Below, piece after piece: positions 58,984 to 64,000 of a DNA stretch of 64,000 nucleotides (position 1 is its first letter; every line of letters begins with the position of its first letter). The position numbers and the translations under genes are program-made. Under the pieces are notes generated by a model that saw nothing but the letters and a program-made list of their open reading frames with translations, was not told the DNA's origin and did no database searches. The DNA is from Eutreptiella sp. 'Long Island Sound 2002'. Its lineage: Eukaryota; Protista; Euglenida. The stretch spans positions 20,894,001-20,958,000 of the forward strand of contig OZ038378.1 of the NCBI GenBank assembly GCA_964036045.1, in the 5' to 3' direction.

Positions 58984-60191
58984 AGTGTTTGGCTGAAACT
59001 GCGCGCCTCGTTATACGAGGCGTAAATTGGGCTCGGCGCGCGCCTTGTTAGCGCCAAACTCCCCCCCCCCAGTGCGCCTCGTTAGCGCCAAACTCCCCCC
59101 CCCGTGCGCCTCGTTAGCGCCAAACCCCCCCCCCCCCCCCGTGCGCCTCGTTAGCGCCAAACTCCCCCCCCCCGTGCGCCTCGTTAGCACCAAACTCCCC
59201 CCCCCGTGCGCCTCGTTAGCGCCAAACCCCCCCGCGCCAAACCCCCCCCGTGCGCCTCGTTAGCGCCAAACCCCCCCCGTGCGCCTCGTTAGCGCCAACC
59301 CCCCCCCCCCGTGCGCCTCGTTAGCGCGCCAACCCCCCCCCCCCCCTGTGCACCGCCTTGTGTGTGTACCGCCTTGCCTGTGGCCCCTTAAATAACAAGA
59401 CTCCTGCGGTGGCTATAGACCGCCTTTTGTGTTGTGTGTATACCGCCTTTTGTGTGTACCGCCTTGCCTGTGGCCCCTTAAATAACAAGACTCCTGCGGT
59501 GGCTACAGACCGCCTTGTGTGTGCACCGCCTTGTGTGTGTACCGCCTTCTATGTGCACCGCCTTGCCTGTGGCCCCTTAAATAACATGACTCCTGCGGTG
59601 GCTACAGACCGCCTTTTGTGTGCACCGCCTTGTGTGTGTACCGCCTTGCCTGTGGCCCCTTAAATAACAAGACTCCTGCGGTGGCTACAGACCGCCTTTT
59701 GTGTGCACCGCCTTGTGTGTATACCGCCTTTTGTGTGTACCGCCTTGCCTGTGGCCCCTTAAATAACAAGACTCCTGCGGTGGCTACAGGCCGCCTTTTG
59801 TGTGCACCGCCTTGTGTGTGTACCGCCTTCTATGTGCACCGCCTTGCCCGTGGCCCCTTAAATAACAAGACTCCTGCGGTGGCTACAGACCGCCTTTTGT
59901 GTGCACCGCCTTGTGTGTGCACCGCCTTGTGTATGCACCGGCTTGTATGTGCACCGCCTTGTGTATGCACAGACTTGTATGCGGAATACGCGTCTCGTGA
60001 GTGCCAACCCCCCCCCCCCCCCGTGCGCCTCGTTAGCGCGCCAATCCCCCCCCCCGCGCGCCTCGTTAGCGCCAAACCCCCCCCCGCGCGCCTCGTTAGC
60101 GCCAAACCCCCCCCGCGCGCCTCGTTAGCGCCAAACCCCCCCCCCCCCGTGCGCCTCGTTAAACAAGGCGCGCAGTCTCGGTCAAACAATG
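58984..60191. mobile_element. Minisatellite-filled MITE with 9-bp TSD (Mutator-like)
   Basis: CAGTAAAGG duplicated at 58975-58983 and 60192-60200. ~28-bp imperfect TIRs TGTTTG(G/A)C(T/C)GA(A/G)ACTGCGCGCCT(C/T)GTT. Interior is made entirely of tandem arrays. Confidence 0.8.
59040..60160. repeat. Nested minisatellites: ~30-bp Cn-GTGCGCCTCGTTAGCGCCAAA arrays (59040-59345, 60006-60160) around six GGCCCCTTAAATAACAAGACTCCTGCGGTGGCTA units (59355-59960)
   Basis: Directly visible tandem units; inner units are spaced by variable numbers of a GTGTGYACCGCCTT subunit. Confidence 0.92.
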
Positions 60192-60262
60192 CAGTAAAGG
60201 CCATCACTCTGTCTGCACTCTGAGTACGGCAGAGACCATCCAACACAATGTGGCGCTGCCCG

Positions 60263-60625
60263 TCAGCCTTTGCCATCCGCATGCTCCTCAGAGGCCCCGC
60301 CGAACCAGAAGGAAGCGCAAAAACTGGGCGTCTCCGCCCGGACGTAATGCCACCAAAAGCGCGGGATGTACAGCAGCTCCCCGGCCTCCAGCACACACTC
60401 ATAGTACGGGGCGCTGCGGAACTTGGGGAAGCGGTCGTGGTCCACGGCGTCGACGTCCACTTGGCTGGTGTTCGTGTGGGGCCCCGAGGCGTGGGGGTAC
60501 AGCGCTGTGGCATCGGCAGGGCTGTACAGACGAAAGTACTTGCGGCCCACGATCTGTGCGAAGCAGTTGTGGTACTTGTCGTTGTGGAGGTTGGACACGG
60601 TGCCGGCGGGCCCGAGCCACGCATT
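60263..60625 (-). CDS. JMJD5: JmjC-domain hydroxylase JMJD5/KDM8, last exon
   Basis: Acceptor ctctgtag|; [34 protein letters not shown]...[18 protein letters not shown] with HxD...H triad; TGA at 60263. Confidence 0.88.
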   Translation of the reverse strand, partial: NAWLGPAGTVSNLHNDKYHNCFAQIVGRKYFRLYSPADATALYPHASGPHTNTSQVDVDAVDHDRFPKFRSAPYYECVLEAGELLYIPRFWWHYVRAETPSFCASFWFGGASEEHADGKG

Positions 60626-60979
60626 CTACAGAGACGCGGAACGGGGGGGGGGGGGTATGAGTGCGAGAAAGGACAACAGATGACGAAGGGCAAGAGCCAG
60701 ATGTGGCGCTGGTGTCCAGCACAAGAACTGTGTGACGCAGGAAGTCAGCCCCGTACCACATACCACGTGTCACATGATCCACTCCTGGTGAGGGGGAACC
60801 AGTGGCGTCCTGCGTCCTGTTGGGGGGTCAGGGGCCACCCACCGCCACATCAATGTGTCATTCAGTGAGGGTGGCCCACATCTGATGTGGGGCCCACTAG
60901 GGCCCGCCCCTGCCTAATGTGTGACTCAGACTCAGTACAGCCACCCCACATTTCCCTGACCTCAGCACTGCAGGCGTAC

Positions 60980-61140
60980 CGTTGTGACGTTGGGCTCAGG
61001 GTCCTCCACGGCACAGTACTCTGGGACTCGCAGATCCTTCGCCAGGGGACGGATCTGGTCAAACAACTGATGCTGTGCCAAATACGCGGTGGGCTTGGCC
61101 TCAGGGGCGTGCGGGAGGAGCACGTGCTGGTCAATGAACT
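60980..61140 (-). CDS. JMJD5: JMJD5/KDM8, penultimate exon
   Basis: Acceptor gctgcttag| and donor ACG|gtacgc; hallmark YLAQHQLFDQI..L..D..VPEYC; in-frame join to NAWLGP across a 354-bp GT-AG intron. 5' exons were not found in the window. Confidence 0.88.
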
Positions 61141-61534
61141 CTAAGCAGCAATGGGAATGCACAGTGCAGGTGCGGCAGGGCGCAGCAGACATTGCACCCA
61201 TTTTGGACAGGCCTTTGCTAGTGGGGGCCACTGCTATGGCACTGGCCCGTTGAGTGTACAAGATGCTCAGCAGAAGCCTGTGCTCTTTGAACTCAGTGAG
61301 GTCTAGAGGGCTAATGACATTGTTTGGGGGGAAATGCCGGTGCCAGGGGGCGGATGGGGGCTGATATGGAGACAGAAAGGTTGGCAGGCCATGGGTGTCC
61401 TCAGTTCTGAGGGTCAGTGTGTGTTGGGTGGGGGGGTGCAGTTTGTAGGCATGAGTGGAATGTCCACTCACTGTTTACAGCCTTCTATTTTCAGCCCCCC
61501 ATGACCAAAGATAGCCACACCATCTCCATGATTT

Positions 61535-61860
61535 GCAGCTGCAGTGGGCCACAGGGTGTGGCTGTTGACGTCAAAAGCGGCGTGTTTCTCCGCATCCAAT
61601 GAGGACAGGATATGCCAGGTCAGTTCTGATGGAACATTGACCATGCTCGCTGGCGGTGGCAGTGCAACCTTCTCCAATCCTCATGGTGTGGTGTTTGATG
61701 CCGGCAACAATATCATTGTGGCTGACTACAGCAACCATCAGATCCGGAAGGTCACACCCAACGGCACAGTGACGACTGTTGCCGGCAACGGCAGAGCCAT
61801 TTCTGCTGAAGGTCAAGGGTCCTGTGCTCATTTCAGATATCCCCGCGGCATGCTGTGGAT
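61535..61860 (+). pseudogene. NHL-repeat (beta-propeller) gene fragment
   Basis: GPQGVAVD, a frameshift, then FSNPHGVVFDAGNNIIVADYSNHQIRKVTPNGTVTTVAGNG...GQGSCAHFRYPRG. Truncated at both ends and antisense within the presumed JMJD5 intron. Confidence 0.8.
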
Positions 61861-62294
61861 GGCCACACATGGTGCTGGGACGCACAGCATAGAAGGTAAA
61901 AAATGGTAGGAAAATGCTGAGCATATTGCTCAGGATATTTGGGGATGCTCAGCATTCATGCTCAGCAAATGGGACTCATATTGCAGGGTTGATCTCGGAA
62001 GTCCCAGCCAAAATTTCTTCCGAGCTCCCCCGGCACGGTCGGCTGGGGAGCCCATGGAACATTCCTACCGATATCGGTTGCGTTTTGGGACCCGATTTGG
62101 CTGCCAAAACTTCCGAGCATCTTTCCGAGGGATTTAAAAAACTTCCAAGCGTTTTTCCATCAGTTTTTTGTACAATGACCTACACCGTTCTTGGTTCCCA
62201 AATCCCACACCTCAGCAAAGAAACACACAAAAAGACAAGCATGACCGTTCACTTACGCTTGAAATGTGAATGCTCAGTGCCTTGCCTGTTCATT

Positions 62295-63998
62295 TCAGCT
62301 TGAACTGTGAATGCTGTAATCTCCTTCGCTGAGCATCTGCACAGGACAGCCATCGCTTGACATGGCATCCACATCCACCACCACACGGCGATACTTCTTG
62401 GGTTGAGGTTGGGGTTCAGGGTTGTCACTGGATGATGAGGAAGAATCTGAGGCACTTACTGTGGAGTCACCAGATAGGTGCACAGCATCATCATCCGAAT
62501 CATTATCCTCGGGACTGCTACTGCTCCCACTATCACTGCTGCTGCTGCTGCTGCTGCTGCTGCCGCTGCTGCTGCTGTTGCTACGGTTACTGCTGCTACT
62601 GCCACTGCCACGAGGGCACACAAGTTGCTGCTCAATGTCGCTATCAACAATGGGTACACGCGCCAACTTCGTACGCCTCATGGGTTGAACACGCTGCTGC
62701 TCGTTCAAACCCGTAGGACCTTGAAATGAAGCAGCACTGTCCTCGCCCTCCGAAGGGGGTACAATATCAACTGTCGCAGGGTTAGAAACTCAGCTTTGAG
62801 GGATGGGCCCCACACGTCCCTTACCCTTTCCCTTGTCCTTCAGCGCCTTACGGCGTGCAGCACAGGACTTAAATGTGGCACGGCTCTTCAAACCCAGTTT
62901 GGGCCACTTGCAGACAGCTTCCCTGTCCAGTGGTACCCATTGACGGACACCACGCTTTGAGCCACAGGTCCCACACAGACATACCACATCACTCTCGGGA
63001 TTTGCACCTGGAAAGGCGCATTTCACCGAACGGGTGTCTGGGTGCATATATAGGGAGCAACCACCTCCCTCCTGGAAATCCAGCAAATGCTCTAAGAGGC
63101 GTTGGAAGACCACATGCCACACGGCATTGGCAGCAACCATGCACGCCTCAAGAACAACGTTTCGTTGCACGGGCGCCCAAATTTTGGCACAGGGGATCTT
63201 CTTTTTTTTCTGCACGAACTTCTGATACAGCTCATGCTTCAAACTTTCACTAATACTGGCATCTTGCCTGGTACTAGTGACGGGGGCATATCTCTTGGCC
63301 ACCCTCAGATCCCGCTCGCCGGCCTCATCGGAATACAGCATGGGTGTCCGTGGATTAAACCATGTGTGGGACCACCCATGCATATATAAGGTTGCAGTGC
63401 AACCTTCTTCAGCAAACTCGGGGATGATGTGCACAATATATGTGTACAACATCCCCATAGCTTGCCATGTGACAGTTGCCAGGTTATTACAACCATAGCA
63501 TAGATGCACCATGTGGCAAAATGCCACCACCAAGGAATGGAAAGGCAGGGGGAGCACCATACCCCCTGCTAGTCTGCCCATGACTGTGCGGGCCTCGCGA
63601 CCTGTGAGGCTAATGCCTGCCTGAAATCTACCTCGTACGTGACGCATGTGCTGCCTGCTATCAGGTGGCAAAGATCCAGGATCATACCTCCTTGCCACAT
63701 GTGCTATGACCTGGAGTAGCTCATGGTTGTAGGGCGCTGGTAGTGTTCGACCTATGACACCCAGGATCCTGGAGGCTGCTCCTTTGGTGTTGTGCAATAC
63801 AGGTTGCACAATATATACCTCTTCCAGGTTAGAAACCCCCTGAAACTTATGGGACCCACGCACACCATTGAGACATCCCCCTTTGTGCAAAAAGAGTTCT
63901 CCCGCCCCATCCTTATTCACCCAGGGACACGCCACACAGCCCTTTTGCCGGCACTCAGACCACAAATGGTGGTGATCGGCAGTGATTGCCCCGAGCCT
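62295..63998 (-). pseudogene. Putative RAG1/Transib/CMC-class DDE transposase, C-terminal ~570 codons, one in-frame TGA (62790-62792), open at the window edge
   Basis: Ordered motifs ITAD, CVAC, PVLHNTKG, LTGREAR, YMHGWSH, SDEAGER; then CLCGTC, a basic patch and a poly-Ser/acidic tail. The frame continues past the TGA into ORF 62295-62708. Confidence 0.55.
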
Positions 63999-64000
63999 TA

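Noticed and set aside
59010-60160. Short regular repeats resembling a CRISPR array
   Set aside because: No unique spacers, no cas genes, eukaryotic context; these are minisatellites.
62357-62729. + strand poly-Ala, poly-Cys and poly-Leu ORFs
   Set aside because: Antisense readings of the (AGC)n poly-Ser tract in the transposase-like tail.
1-64000. rRNA, tRNA, spliced-leader or telomeric arrays
   Set aside because: No recognisable conserved sequence seen by eye; tRNAscan-SE or Infernal would be needed to exclude them.

Overview
Repeat-rich eukaryotic nuclear DNA with spliceosomal introns, long homopolymer runs and many MITEs and satellites. The style suggests a protist such as a euglenid, but that is inference only. 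All calls come from reading the sequence and recalling family motifs; no database searches were run. Main contents: (1) 0.8-13.7 kb: two decayed minus-strand non-LTR retrotransposons with RT, zf-RVT and RNase H. One carries two APE-endonuclease-like domains and is interrupted by a Harbinger-like transposon; the other is 5'-truncated and flanked by a 64-bp direct repeat. (2) 14-20 kb: a Gypsy integrase relic and tandem repeats. (3) 20.1 to at least 47.1 kb, probably 52.3 kb, minus strand: one giant type-I membrane mucin-like gene reconstructed from phase-compatible exons. Its order is CUB-like/EGF/CUB/Cys-rich/EGF head, ~2,900-aa Ser/Thr/Pro stalk with a 1,356-bp tandem array, two beta-rich modules, a TM helix and a ~1,730-aa disordered tail, at least 5,536 aa, with a 15.5-kb last exon. 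Its introns hold a foldback element, MITEs and an apparently intact DD35D pogo transposon. (4) 53-64 kb: MITEs, Kelch and NHL repeat fragments, a 9-bp-TSD minisatellite-filled MITE, the last two exons of JMJD5, and at the right edge an ORF with the motif order of RAG1/Transib/CMC-type DDE transposases.
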